A stretch of DNA of 46,445 nucleotides from Emiliania huxleyi CCMP1516 (Eukaryota): positions 319,428 through 365,872 of the forward strand of contig NW_005201183.1 of NCBI RefSeq assembly GCF_000372725.1, given 5' to 3'. The notes beneath the pieces were generated by a model, which was not told the origin of the DNA, ran no database searches, and saw only the letters and a list, made by a program, of their open reading frames with translations. Shown here one piece after another: positions 1-11,108 of the stretch; the first letter of the stretch is position 1, and each line of letters begins with the position of its first letter. A program made the position numbers and the translations under genes.

Positions 1-109
1 AAAAAAAAAAGAGACCATAGGGAGGTGAAACATCACAACAGCCAAACAAGAAACATTATTGAGGGTCAGCAAAAGAGATGGATGGCGTGGGGGGGGGGAG
101 AGAGAGAGC

Positions 110-643
110 CTCCGTGGTCCACAAAGTTGAGGAAGACGCGGTCCAGCTTGGTAGACTGCAGCACCTTGCCGCCGTCGAGGCCGGCGGCGTCGCCCGTCAG
201 CACCTTGACAAAGGTCTCCGGCGTGACCATCGACCCGGAGTAGTCGATCTTGCAGCCGGCGTAGACGTCGGTGCCGGGCGTCCCATCCCCCGTCGGCTTG
301 TTGAAGAGCTTGCCGGGGAAGGGGTTCATGTCGTCGTTTGCGACGTCGTCGACCGCGAGGGTGATGATCTTGTCCGGGTCGATCCCGTTCTGGGCACGCG
401 AGCGCGCACAGTCGGGCGGGCGAGGGACGGCTGGGAGATGCGCGGGACGGGCGGCGCCTTGATCATAATCTGGTAGGCGTGGCACACGTCAGCCTGGTGG
501 CGGTAGTTGCCGTAGCCGGACGAACCGGCGATGAGCACCGCCCAGTGGGACGCCTTGGCGGCCTCCTCCACCTCCTTGGGCGGCGTCCAAGCGCCGACCG
601 CGTTGATGAGCGCGGCGCCAGCGAAGAGGGTGCGGTAGAGCAT
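110..643 (-). CDS. Legumain / asparaginyl endopeptidase (peptidase C13), 5' part; continues off the left end of the window
   Basis: ATG at 643 and a signal peptide, then [27 protein letters not shown] 68-nt GC-AG intron (390-457) joins in frame to [18 protein letters not shown]...[11 protein letters not shown]...[12 protein letters not shown]...VFLNFVDHG (catalytic His motif). Confidence 0.95.
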
Positions 644-1041
644 GTCGAGCTGTGCGAGAGGGGCGGGAGAGAGGCTCGATGGTGGAGGAGGTGGGCTGGG
701 CGGGCGTGTGGACCGTGCGATGCGTAGGCATGTCAATGGTTGCAAACAGGCTGCGACCTACTTCAGCGGCTGGCCCGGCCAGAGTGCGCCTCACTTGCCA
801 GGAAGTTAGCGGAGGGTCCCCCGCCCCCCTCGGGTAGGGGGGGGGGGATTCCGACCCTCCTGTGCGGAGTAACCCGCGCACGGGGAAGCTTCACGGGTTC
901 GAGTCGTCAAACATTAAGCAGCGGAGGTATGCCGAGGGGTCAAGCTGCCGAGCCCAAATCACTGCTTGTGTCATAACGGGGGCCCAGCCCCTTGTCCGAA
1001 TCCGATGAGTTTTCCGACCCCTCATCTTTAGTTAACGACGC

Positions 1042-1155
1042 CTCCCTGCCCACCACCTCCCTGCCCCACCACCTCCCTGCCCCACCACCTCCCTGCCCCA
1101 CCACCTCCCTGCCCCACTGCCTCCCTGCCCCACCACCTCCCTGCCCCACCACCTC
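1042..1155. repeat. 16-bp minisatellite (CTCCCTGCCCCACCAC) x~7
   Basis: Tandem copies read directly. Confidence 0.9.
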
Positions 1156-1329
1156 CACCGCCTGTGAGTGCTTGCTTTCTCACACCACCCCTGCCCCCCC
1201 CCCTCGCAAAAGAAAAAACGCAGGCAAGCCGATCGCGTAAACGGCGTCGAAAAGAAGCCCACTTGCGCGACAATCGCCGAGATTTGACCGCCGTCAACCA
1301 GGATCGCCCATCTTCCAGGCTGGAGCATA

Positions 1330-1988
1330 ATGCTGAGCCTCAACGTCGTCGCGCCCTTGGTGTTCTCCTCCGATCCCAGCCCTCCGCCTGCGCGCATCAC
1401 GCCAGACAACGTGCCAGAGTGGATGGAGGGCACGTGGCGGTTCCAAGCAGGTCCCTGCGTGACGCACTATAGCATGCTTTCGAACACCAACGTGCACCTC
1501 ACAAGGCTTGCGGAGGGCGCGAAGGAGTCGGACACGTGTTCCTCATTCAACGGCGATCGGCCTGCACTCATCTCGTGCGTGGCAAAAGATGGCAAGATGC
1601 ATACGACGAGCGTGGAGAGCTATGTCACCGACGAACTTGCTGCGGAGTTCTGGTGCTCCGCACTTCTGCACTGCTGCTAGCTGAACTGGAATTCATGCAC
1701 CCTATAGCCCGCGCCGAGTCCGTCTGTGAATCGCCATAACACTTGACCACTTTCCGTGCATTTGGTAGGTGCGTGTACACAGCCAAGCCGATCGGCGGCA
1801 CAACAATGGAGGTGCGCTCCTTCAAGATCGCAAGTGCCGCTGAGGGGGCGACGGCGGAAAGTGCTGCTGAGCGTTGCCCGTCCTACGTCTCAGCGACTGA
1901 GGAAGAGAAACAAAAATTCGATGCGTCTGTGATCTTCCAAGACTGCTTGGACGAGTGTGGCGCAGACACGTGCACGCTGGTCGACTAA
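1330..1988 (+). CDS. Hypothetical, probably secreted Cys-rich protein (~180 aa, 2 exons)
   Basis: ORFs 1330-1680 and 1743-1988 join in frame (...AAEFW-CVYTAK...) via a GT-AG intron at 1653-1768. Hydrophobic N-terminus and several Cys. Confidence 0.7.
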
Positions 1989-2767
1989 TTCTGATGGGAA
2001 GATCGCGCGCGTACCCGGGGTCATCCTCTGAGCCTGGTCGTCGGCGCCGCGATGCCACGGCGGCGCATTCGACGTCGTCGGCGCGCTGCCCCGCGTTGAG
2101 CCCCGCCGCACGTGGCGACGGCCGCAGGTCGGCCCGGTGCAGCGCGCCCTGGCGGCAGACTGAAGAACGGCCACGAGGGGTGTGTGATGTGCGGTGCGGG
2201 GTGTGAGGGGGCAGCGTCTTTGTGTGTGCGCGCGCGCGCCGCTGCCGGGGCCCTCGTGGTACGCCTCGCCCGGCCCCCTCCGAGGGGGTCGTGTCGGGGA
2301 TTGAACTGAGGGATGGGGCGGGGATCCTCCCTCTTCCCGCCATCGATGCCGGGGCTCAACCAATCCGGAGAGGTCTTTACCATTCCTCCATACATCCTCC
2401 CGGCTTCATCGGCGCAAATCCAAATTGCGAAACGGGTCGCGCCGTCGCGGATCACCGACACCGTACAAAATAAAAACACACCGGCCGCTAGCTCACTGCA
2501 CACTGGGGAGTGCGAGTAGGGGGGTTGTGGGGAGACGTCCGACGGGGGAGACAGAGAGATCCGATCGTGCACCCGATCCGCGATCCGATCGACAGTCTGA
2601 TTACTGACAGTCAGCGGTCCCACCCCGCGTTGGTTTCTCGCATCTCGGCCATCGGCCACATTACTGACAGTACCGTAACGGGCGTAATACCGTATCCATT
2701 ATTATCCGGTGAGATACAGTTTATATTGGACAGATTCAAACTACTATCTACTGTACTTGTTCGTTTC

Positions 2768-3823
2768 TCAAAACGACCGCGTCCACACTGCTCGGAGAGC
2801 GCTTTCGTTGTTAAGCAGCGCGCAAGGAACCTCATCTGCACCCGCACTTAGAAGGTCCGCGTGAGCTGCAAATGCCTCAGGCCCGCCTTCAAGCCGGCCG
2901 CAGTTCAACAAGGACAGCTCGTCCGAGCAAGGACAGCTCAAGCTCGCCCAGCCTGCCCTAAGGTGGTGTACGCCCCCCAGCCCACATGCGCATGCCCTCA
3001 CCACGTCGGCCTTTCGTCCCAGCGGGTCCTTGGCATGGCGAAGATCGACCATCTCGAAGCGGTTGTTTGCCATCGGCTTACGACGATCGTCACTTATGGG
3101 CAGCTGCAAGCTGTCGAAGCCCAGCGCTCGCAGGCGGCCAACCCGCATGGTTTCGAACCACCAACGCTCACCACGCCCTGGCGTCGTCTCGACAAAGGTC
3201 TTCCCAGTGTTCCACCATAGCCCGCTTCCACGCGCCTCCCAGTACCACACACCGTGCAGCTCAAACTGCTTCGGTGAGACGACGCGCATCACCTCCACCC
3301 ACGTGTCATTTGAAAAGCCTCGCTTCGCAGTTGCGGCCGGAATGTCGGTGCGTCCGCCGGGCACAAATTGCTGCACGAAAAAGCCCGCGGCGTACAGCGA
3401 TGGGTGCGATTCTGGGAACGGCGCAGCGCAGCCGGCAGGCCCAAGCCACGCATGCCCCGTCGCGGGCGAGCAGTAGGGCGTAAGCTGCGCTGGCTTCACG
3501 CGGATTGGTAGCCGCGAGCGCCAAAACCAGGAGAACTTGCCCAACTCGATGGGATACAACTGTGCCCGCTGGTAGACGCCATCAAGATACCAGTCCCACT
3601 GTGGGAACTCGCCGCGGCGTGACAGTGCAAACGGAATCCGATTCACGACCAGGCTGCCGTTCGGGACGTCACATTTGCGCACGCAGGCATTGCGCCTCGG
3701 CCAGGCCCTGTCGTGGTGACCAGCCGAGGCAGGACGCTCGTTGCCTGTGGATGCCAGCACATTCCTCGGGCCGTTCCAAGACCGCGCTTGCCATCGAGTA
3801 AGGCTCGGGGGGGGGTCGGCCAT
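2768..3823 (-). CDS. Hypothetical Trp-rich protein (351 aa)
   Basis: Long ORF with protein-like composition (WVEVMR...GVWYWEARGSGLWWNTGKT...GFDSLQL...CPCSDELSLLNC). No function recognised. Confidence 0.7.
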   Translation of the reverse strand: MADPPPSLTRWQARSWNGPRNVLASTGNERPASAGHHDRAWPRRNACVRKCDVPNGSLVVNRIPFALSRRGEFPQWDWYLDGVYQRAQLYPIELGKFSWFWRSRLPIRVKPAQLTPYCSPATGHAWLGPAGCAAPFPESHPSLYAAGFFVQQFVPGGRTDIPAATAKRGFSNDTWVEVMRVVSPKQFELHGVWYWEARGSGLWWNTGKTFVETTPGRGERWWFETMRVGRLRALGFDSLQLPISDDRRKPMANNRFEMVDLRHAKDPLGRKADVVRACACGLGGVHHLRAGWASLSCPCSDELSLLNCGRLEGGPEAFAAHADLLSAGADEVPCALLNNESALRAVWTRSF

Positions 3824-3857
3824 GACTTTAGATGTGCAGGGGGGGTACCCCGAGCAA

Positions 3858-4343
3858 CTTAGGGGACCCCTAGGGTTCTGAGGGCCGGATTTTTTTAAGA
3901 CCTTTTAAGAGACGAGGAGGTTTGGGGGCTTAACTTGCCATTTAAGAGATTGCAGGCACGGGGGATCCCTCTTTTAAGACCGTTTAAGAAAATCGGCCTC
4001 GCCGGCATGCGTCGCTGGGTTCCGCGCCGTTTTCTCTAATGCTGCCGTTATTAGGCACAAACCCGCCTCTGAAGACACATCTGTAGGTCTGGTGCACTGG
4101 CAGGAGCCATACTCGCATAGGGGGCGCGTGCTAGCTGACTGTAGCCAGCTTCCCGGCCTCCGGCGTCTACCGGGAGCCTCCCGGACCATCGACCTCGGGA
4201 GCTCTCCCGCACCGTTTAAGCGTTTAAGACCGTTTAAGGAATCGGCGGCCCAGGCAGCCTTAAAATGGGCCATGGCCCGCTTTAAGCCGTTTAAGCCGCA
4301 GGCGCCCCAGGGCCCACCCTTTTAAGCCTAGGGGTCCCCTAAG
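3858..4343. mobile_element. Non-autonomous TIR element (MITE), hAT-like
   Basis: Perfect 17-bp TIR CTTAGGGGACCCCTAGG (3858-3874 / 4327-4343). Flanks CCGAGCAA / CCGAGCAC (8-bp TSD, 1 mismatch). Many internal TTTAAG repeats. Confidence 0.8.
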
Positions 4344-4604
4344 CCGAGCACAATGTCGTGCGGCCGCTCTTGCGTCTTGGCAGAAGCGAGAGCGCAGTGT
4401 CCAGTGTTGCGGGGTTTTGCACAAGGCACAAGCATCTCCACGTCGTCTCCACAACTTTCTCAAACAGCATTTCTATCGCAGCCATTCGTGACTCGAACAC
4501 ACTCACTCACTCTACCGACGTGATCATAGTACCACAAGGGCGTAATACCGCTGAGCAAGATAGTGTGGCTTGCGCGTGGCCCTTGTGTCGCGCTCCCAAA
4601 GCGA

Positions 4605-5216
4605 TTAACCAAACAGGTTGTTGAAAAAGTTCTTGATTTTATGGCCGAAGCCCTGAGGAGCCGGCGTCTTGACCGGTGCCGCAAGGGGCGCTGCTTCTGC
4701 CACGGGGCATCCGAGCTTCTCATTGTCGCAGCACCAGGCGGTCTTCTCGTCGCTCCACAGTTCGCGGGTCATGCAGTTGAAGGGCGCGGGCGCCTCGGGG
4801 TTGAGTTGAATGGGCAACTCAAGCATTGGCAACTCGGCGGCGGGCAACTCGAGCGGGCAGTCCATCTCGCAATTCGACTCGGTGGAGTAGAACTTCTGCT
4901 CACCGGCGCACCTGTGAGAGGGTGGAGCATCTCTCGACACGCAAATAGCTGGCTGCTCCACTCGTGACTGAGAGGCGCCCCCTTAATACCCATCCGTGAG
5001 GCATTCTGGAGGGGGTGGTCACTCGTAAGGCGCCCATGTTGAGCAGTCGGCACCAGCCATCGCTTCAAGCCCGAGCTCACGGGCAGGCAGTCGGGACAGA
5101 AGCGCGAGGACACACACGCCACCTGCAGCAGCGAGCAGTGTGCACCGGCGGCGCGTCGTGAGCCGCTCAGCGATGGGGTCGCCCGACTCGAGGTCGGTTG
5201 TCCGCATCATCGGCAT
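4605..5216 (-). CDS. Hypothetical type II membrane / secreted Cys-motif protein (2 exons)
   Basis: MPMMRTTD...LLAAAGGVCVLALL...WAPYE joins CAGEQKF... via a GT-AG intron at 4912-5022. Contains a FNC...W...K.AWCC....GC motif. Confidence 0.75.
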
Positions 5217-5449
5217 GCGCTGCTGTGTGGCGGTGTCGCGCCCGACACGCAATCACGCAGATTTTACCAAAGTGTCAGTCCGACGAAATCGAAAATCGAA
5301 AAAAATGGATCCAGCTGGTGCGAGGTGCGTGCTGGCACGAACACAGGCAACACAGAATGGCCGCCGGGGGGGCTCCTGGGCCCTGGCGGCGCATTTTTTG
5401 AAATATCTGACACTCCACGCGCCTAAACAAAAACCGACTCTCGCGCCTA

Positions 5450-6008
5450 TAGGGTGTGGATGCTGGGTTGAACGAAATCGGGGGACGCGACCCACCTCGC
5501 CACAGACGGTCCCGCGCCTCGCCGCTATGACGGGCACACGCCCCGCACCGTCCGCTGTGTGCCCGTCTTTGTCCGGAGTGAAAAGTCCAACGCGCTCGTC
5601 GGTGGCGGCTTCCCCCAACCTGCGCCGCGCTCGGCGAACCTCGACAGCGCTTTCGGTGGCATGCAGCTCTTTGCGACAGAAGCCTGGAGAGCAGCTCCTC
5701 TGCTGCTCACACACTCTGCACAGTTGACACAGCCTACTGTGCGGCTGCCACAGCTGTGACAGCGATGGGCTCGCCCTCACTGGCCCTCAGTCACTTGTGC
5801 TGCGGCTTGTGTGAGCGACACTGCTCGGCGACTGCCGGCACACTGTGAGACCATGGGTGTGAGGTCAAATCACGCTACCAGCGCTTGGTCACATCGGCCC
5901 CGAGGTCAGATCCATCTACTCTGTTGATGACAAGACTTGTCTACCGGCTGGAGCCGAGCAGGAGGGCCCGGCGCACAACCCCCTGGTCAACTCACCCTCC
6001 ACACCCCG
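5450..6008. mobile_element. Tc1/mariner-type MITE, copy 1
   Basis: Imperfect ~22-bp TIR (TAGGGTGTGGATGCTGGGTTGA / TCAACTCACCCTCCACACCCCG) flanked by TA at 5448-49 and 6009-10. A second copy lies at 29130-29683. Confidence 0.75.
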
Positions 6009-6389
6009 TAAGTGCTAAGAGAAACACTCCTGCCCTGCGGCTGCGCATTTTTTTGCCGGCGAATGAAAATCGCAGAGCTGTATCGAGATCACATCGAGAT
6101 CACTCGAGATCACCGGCGCACAAGGTAAATGGCCTCAGGCCCTCAGAGGTAGAGGTAATCTAGACACCTCCTACCCGGCGCTCCGGGCCGAACCTGCCTC
6201 AGGGGCGGGCGCGGGCCGCCGGGGCCAAGAGCAAAACCACGTGCTCCGGCAGATGCGCCTGCACACGCATCACGCCGTGGCGGCGACTCGTACGCTCTCT
6301 CGGCTCACAGGTCTCCCCCCTGACTCTAAGCTATGCCACGCGTGAGCGTGAGCGGGCCGCCTCACTGTCTCCTAGCTGCTATGTGGGTG

Positions 6390-6836
6390 TCACTCCGCCT
6401 TGGACACATCGCAGGCGATGTTGTAGCCGCGCCTAAGCTCCTCCGAGTACGTCTCGCACAGCCCCTGCTCCCACACGCCCACCAGCGACAACCCCACGCG
6501 CGCCGCGGTGTCGGCGACCTCGACCGCCTTCTCCTTCTCCAGCGGGATAACATCCAGCAGCGCGTTGGCCATGTGCACCGCGTCGCCAGAGCGGAAGAGG
6601 GTGAGCCGGTACATGGGCGGCTCGTCGTTCGACGGTCTTTTCAAGTCGGCGAGCGAGAACGTGTCGGGCACGGTCCAGGAGGAAGGGAGCGAGTCAGGAA
6701 TCGTCGACTCCCGCTCCGGAGCGATGGTTTGCATCGCCGGCGTGGCGGCGCGAGCTGGCCGCACGACGCCGAGCCCAGAGACGCTGAAGGCGTCGACGGT
6801 CGTCGAGACGAGCAGGAGGGAGAGGGCGGCGCGCAT
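6390..6836 (-). CDS. clpS: Plastid-targeted ClpS-like adaptor protein
   Basis: Signal peptide ending VDA-F plus a transit peptide. PPMYRLTLF...ANALLDVIP LEKEKAVEVADTAARVGLSLVGVWEQGLCETYSEEL fits the ClpS pattern. Confidence 0.7.
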   Translation of the reverse strand: MRAALSLLLVSTTVDAFSVSGLGVVRPARAATPAMQTIAPERESTIPDSLPSSWTVPDTFSLADLKRPSNDEPPMYRLTLFRSGDAVHMANALLDVIPLEKEKAVEVADTAARVGLSLVGVWEQGLCETYSEELRRGYNIACDVSKAE

Positions 6837-6975
6837 CGTTGTCGGCTCTGGCGCGTGTCCACAAAGCTCGAAGGCCTTCTCACACCCAAAAAGAATTTCA
6901 TTCACGAATGAATTCTGCTCCTCGGACTGCGGGCGGCTTCTCTCGAGGTCTCGAGATCCACAAAGCGGCCACGAA

Positions 6976-7425
6976 ATGCTCTCGCTGCTACCAGCGGCCC
7001 TCTCGTCGCGTCTTGCTCCCGCCGCGTCGCGTCTCGCACCCGCTGCGCGTTCGATGGTCGTGGCGTCCGCGCCGCCGCCGCCTCTCCTGCCGCCTCACCT
7101 GGAGGACCTGCGCGAGGAGCTGGAGAGTGGCGAGGCGCAGCTCTTTGACGTGCGCGAGCCGGGCGAGGCGGCCATGGGAATGCTGCGCTCCGCAGACCTC
7201 GTCCCGCTGAGCGCGCTCGAGCGCGGCCTCCAGAAGGCGCAGATCGTCGAGCGCTACCCGCAGGTCGACCCGGCTCGGCTCACCTATGTGCACTGCGCTG
7301 CTGGCATCCGAGTGCATCCAGCGACAGCCCTGCTGCAGCAGGCGGGCTTTGAGCGGGTGGTGCCGCTGCAGGAGGGCTACGCGGCGCTGCTCCAGTACGG
7401 CTTCGAGCCCAAGGAGGAGGAGTGA
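6976..7425 (+). CDS. Single-domain rhodanese / sulfurtransferase with organellar transit peptide
   Basis: LFDVREPGE...VHCAAGIR (active-site Cys loop)...AGFERV.PLQEGY. ATG at 6976 is in frame with ORF 6508-7425. Confidence 0.9.
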   Translation: MLSLLPAALSSRLAPAASRLAPAARSMVVASAPPPPLLPPHLEDLREELESGEAQLFDVREPGEAAMGMLRSADLVPLSALERGLQKAQIVERYPQVDPARLTYVHCAAGIRVHPATALLQQAGFERVVPLQEGYAALLQYGFEPKEEE

Positions 7426-8462
7426 GCACTCGCTGCCGCGTCTATGCTTTTCCGCGCGCGTGCAGCGCGGAGAGACAGAGAGAGCTTGACTGTGCGAGAG
7501 TTTGTGTCTGCAGTGTCGTTGTGCCGACATGCCGTTAATAATCAACCAGTCAACAGAGCCAACAGACCGCGGGGCGAATAAATCAACACGACAACACAAT
7601 TGTCGGTACGTCGGTGGCGAGTCCGGTGAAGGTGCGCTGCGGCGGGTGTGCCTGTGCGGGCCTGCCGACGGCGACGCGCGGGCGCTGCAGCTGTGTCAGC
7701 TGTCGGGCGTGTCGCCGAGCCGCTGCGGGAGCTGCCCGCTGGGGATTCGGCGAGAACCGCAGTTCGCGAGGGCAGAGAGGGAAGCAGAGAGCGGGGAGAG
7801 AGAAGGAGAGAGAGCCGGCCGAAGAGTCCATGTGCGTGCGCGTGCCATGCTGCTTCCTGGCGTGCCGCGCTTACTGGTCGGTCTGCGTGCGCTGTTGCCT
7901 GTTGGTGCGGCGGAGCGGCGCTTACTGGTCGGTCTGCGTGCGCCGTCCCGTCGACGTGAGCAGCGACGCGATCGTCGACAGCCCCCGCGCAACCGCCGGC
8001 CGGGTGCTGTCGCGGCCGCCCCGTGCGGCGGCGGGCGAGGGAGAGCCCGCCTAGTCGCGATGCGGGGAGATATGGGCGGGGCGGCCTCCTGCGTGTGGGG
8101 TGCCTGGTCGCCCGCCCTCTCCACCTGCTGCGCCCTTGCCGGCACGCCGGCGCGCGGCTTCGCTTCGCCGGGAGCAGTCAACGAGGGGAGCGGCCCGCGC
8201 GCGGCCTCGCGGCCGTTCCTCGCCTGCTGTCCTCGCGGCGTGCGGTGCGTGTCCACCTCGCGCAGCTCGCCCTTGGAGGCGAGCTGGAGCCGCGCCTGTA
8301 GCAGAGGAGGAGGGGACTGGGGAAGACCGTCTCGGCGCGTGTCCCAGGAGAGAGGCTGCTTGAGCGAGCCCGCCCCTCCCCTACCCCCACAGTACCCGAA
8401 CCCATCCCCTACCCCCACGGTACCCAAACCCGCGCCTCGAGCACGCAGGCAGGGATCGCTCG

Positions 8463-8512
8463 TCTAGGAACCTTCTAGGAACCTTCTAGGAACCTTCTAG
8501 GAACCTTCTAGG
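8463..8512. repeat. 11-bp tandem repeat (TCTAGGAACCT)
   Basis: About 4.5 tandem copies. Confidence 0.9.
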
Positions 8513-8698
8513 TCTTCGCCTCGAGCACGCAGGCAGGGCGGGGCGGCGAGGAGGTGTCTAGGAAGTGTCTGGGAAGTGTCTAGGAAGTGCCTCGAGCACG
8601 CAGGCAGGCCGGGGCGGCGAGGAAGGGCGCTCGCCCGCGCCTGCGAGAGGGAGGGTGTGGTCCAGGAATGGTGTCAGAGGCGTGTCAGAGGCGGGTCG

Positions 8699-9007
8699 GA
8701 GGCGGTCTCTGAGGCGGTCTCTGAGGCGGTCTTGAGGCGGTCTCTGAGGCGGTCTTGAGGCGGTCTCTGAGGCGGTCTCTGAGGCGGTCTTGAGGCGGTC
8801 TCTGAGGCGGTCTTGAGGCGGTCTTGAGGCGGTCTTGAGGCGGTCTTGAGGCGGTCTCTGAGGCGGTCTCTGAGGCGGTCTTGAGGCGGTCTCTGAGGCG
8901 GTCTTGAGGCGGTCTCTGAGGCGGTCTCTGAGGCGGTCTTGAGGCGGTCTCTGAGGCGGTCTTGAGGCGGTCTCTGAGGCGGTCTTGAGGCGGTCTCTGA
9001 GGCGGTC
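8699..9007. repeat. 11/12-bp minisatellite (GAGGCGGTCTT / GAGGCGGTCTCT)n
   Basis: More than 25 tandem units. Only ~3 units remain at the matching place in the duplicate (24232-24270). Confidence 0.95.
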
Positions 9008-9009
9008 GC

Positions 9010-10585
9010 ACCGCCGAAGAAGTCAGTGTCCCGTGCGTGGAACGGCGGGGGCTGGTCCGCACGCATGGCGATCGGGTCGGAGCCCTCGCGCAGCTCGGCG
9101 GCGGAGCGGCGGAGCGAGTAGTCTGCGAGAGGGTCTACGCGTACGCTCGCCTGATGCGGCGGCGGGGGAGGGGGGGAGGGGAGGGGGGGGGGGGGGGGGG
9201 AATGGCGGGGGCAAGGGGAGGCGGGCGGGGGGGGGGCACCGAAAGGACCCTGGCCACGCTTTAACCTCGACTCTCTCTCTCTCTCCCTCTCCCTCTCCCT
9301 CTCCCTCTCCCTCTCTTCTCACTCCACCGCGGCCGTACGTCGGCTAAATCTCGGCTACTCTCGCACCGACAGGACGGGCACCACGCGAGACGTGTCCCCC
9401 GGTGCGCGCGGGCCGGGAGGAGGCGCTAGGCCTGCGCGCGAGCCGGGAGGGGCTGAGGCACTGCCTGCTGACGGGCGGGGCGGGGGGGCGAGCGTGCGCG
9501 CTGCCCGCGGCGTCGAGCGACATCACCAGCCTCGCGGTGATCCGGTTGACAGACAGGCCGAGGTGTGCAGTCAGCTGGCGCAGCTCGTCCGGCCTACTCA
9601 CGCGGGGCGGGCAATCAAAGCAGCCGACAAGGCCGAGGGCGCCTCGCGCGAGGCTTCGGCGCCGGCTCGCGTAGTACTCCTCGAACTCGCCCCAGCAGAT
9701 GAGCCCGTCGCCTACCACCTCGAGCCGTGGCCGGCTCAGTGCCGGCGGTTGCCGCGACCCGGTGTCGGAGCAGAAAAAAAGAATTCGCCGTCCGCGTCGA
9801 GCCTGCGGATCGTCGCCTCCACGACCGCCTCCACACACTCGGCCGGGACGCCGCACGCGTGGTGCAGCAGCACGTGGAGCTCGTCCGGCGTGACGTGCCC
9901 AGAGCCTACCCGTCTCAGGAGCTCACCGTCAACGCCGGCGAGGTGTCAGCCCGCCCGGCGCGGTGTGAGCCGAGCCGTCGAGGTCGCACGCGTCGAAGAG
10001 GAAGCGGAGGCGGTCGCGCCGCGTCGCGTCCGCCGCCACCACCGGCGCCAGCCCCGCCGCGAAGCTTTCAAACCCGACGCCGCCTTCGCCCTCCTCCTCG
10101 CCGGCGCGGCGCGAGTCCGCCGCGAGCATCGCATAGATGCGGTGGATGAGGGCGGAGTTCTGCGGAGTCGCAAAGGCGCTGATGAACTCGGCGCGCGAGA
10201 TAATCACCTCGCTCTGCGACTCACGCTCCCGCTCCTTCTCCGCCGCCGCCGCGGCCTCGCTGTCCGCCGGCAGCGCGGGCGGACCCGCAAACAGGAGAGC
10301 GCACCCGCAGCGGGCCGCGAGGAGGGAGAAGAGGGTGTGCAGGTCGGCGCGCTCGGCGGTCGTCAGTGAGCACGAGAGGGCGAGGCTGCGCCGCCCCTCC
10401 CTGCCCTGAGACGCCTCGGAGAGCGCTGACGAGAGCCTCACCGCGTCGAACCCCTTCTTGGAGCGCTCAGCCGCGATGGCGGCAGTGTCGGTGGAACGGC
10501 GTGTCGGCGCCTGCGATGCGCTCTCGTTGTCCGTCGAGTCGTCGCCACTGGTCTGCCGCGGTGGCAGCTTGAGGTCAGTGAACAT
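9010..10585 (-). CDS. Calcineurin B-like / NCS-type EF-hand protein, copy 1 (multi-exon; both ends uncertain)
   Basis: ISRAEFISAF...LIHRIYAM...VGFESFAAGL...DRLRFLFDACDLDGS / GHVTPDELHVLL...VEATIRRLDADG / DGLICWGEFEEY across short introns. Confidence 0.75.
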
Positions 10586-11108
10586 TGCTGCGGCTGCTGC
10601 TTCCTTGCGGTGGATGCCAGGGGGGGAGCAGGGGCGAGGTGAGAGCGCGGGCCGTTTTATTCTTTTTTTAGGGTAGCCTTCATTCTTTTTTATTCTTTTT
10701 CCAATCGCCTTCATCACCTTCGTACCTTTATACATATCACCTCAGTAGGTACCTTCGCACGCTACATTCCAGACAGTGACGACAAGCTAGATCGACAACC
10801 CCGACATCACACACTCGGGCAGGCCTGCAAGAAGTCGAGCGAGAGAGAGAGAGAGAGAGACTCTTTCACGCTGACATCCACCGCGCACCGGCACACTCCT
10901 GCGTCCGGGCCCAGCCAGACCCTTTCTTGCTTTGCTTCCGCCCCCACAGCGCCTTGCACCGCTCTTCCGCCCGTTTGCAGCTTGTGTCCAGCTGTCCACT
11001 CAGCTTCCCTTTTCGATCCGCCACGCATGCCTTTCGACTGGCTTCTTGCGTCCCCAGTGCTCAGATCGCGAGCACGGGAGCGCAACGACTCCTTCTTGCT
11101 CCGACTCT

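Noticed and set aside
860..915. tRNA-like B-box GGTTCGAGTC
   Set aside because: The T-stem does not pair and no cloverleaf or acceptor stem forms.
8699..9007. CRISPR-like array / repeat-protein ORFs (TASET, RPPQ)
   Set aside because: No unique spacers and no cas genes; it is a simple minisatellite.
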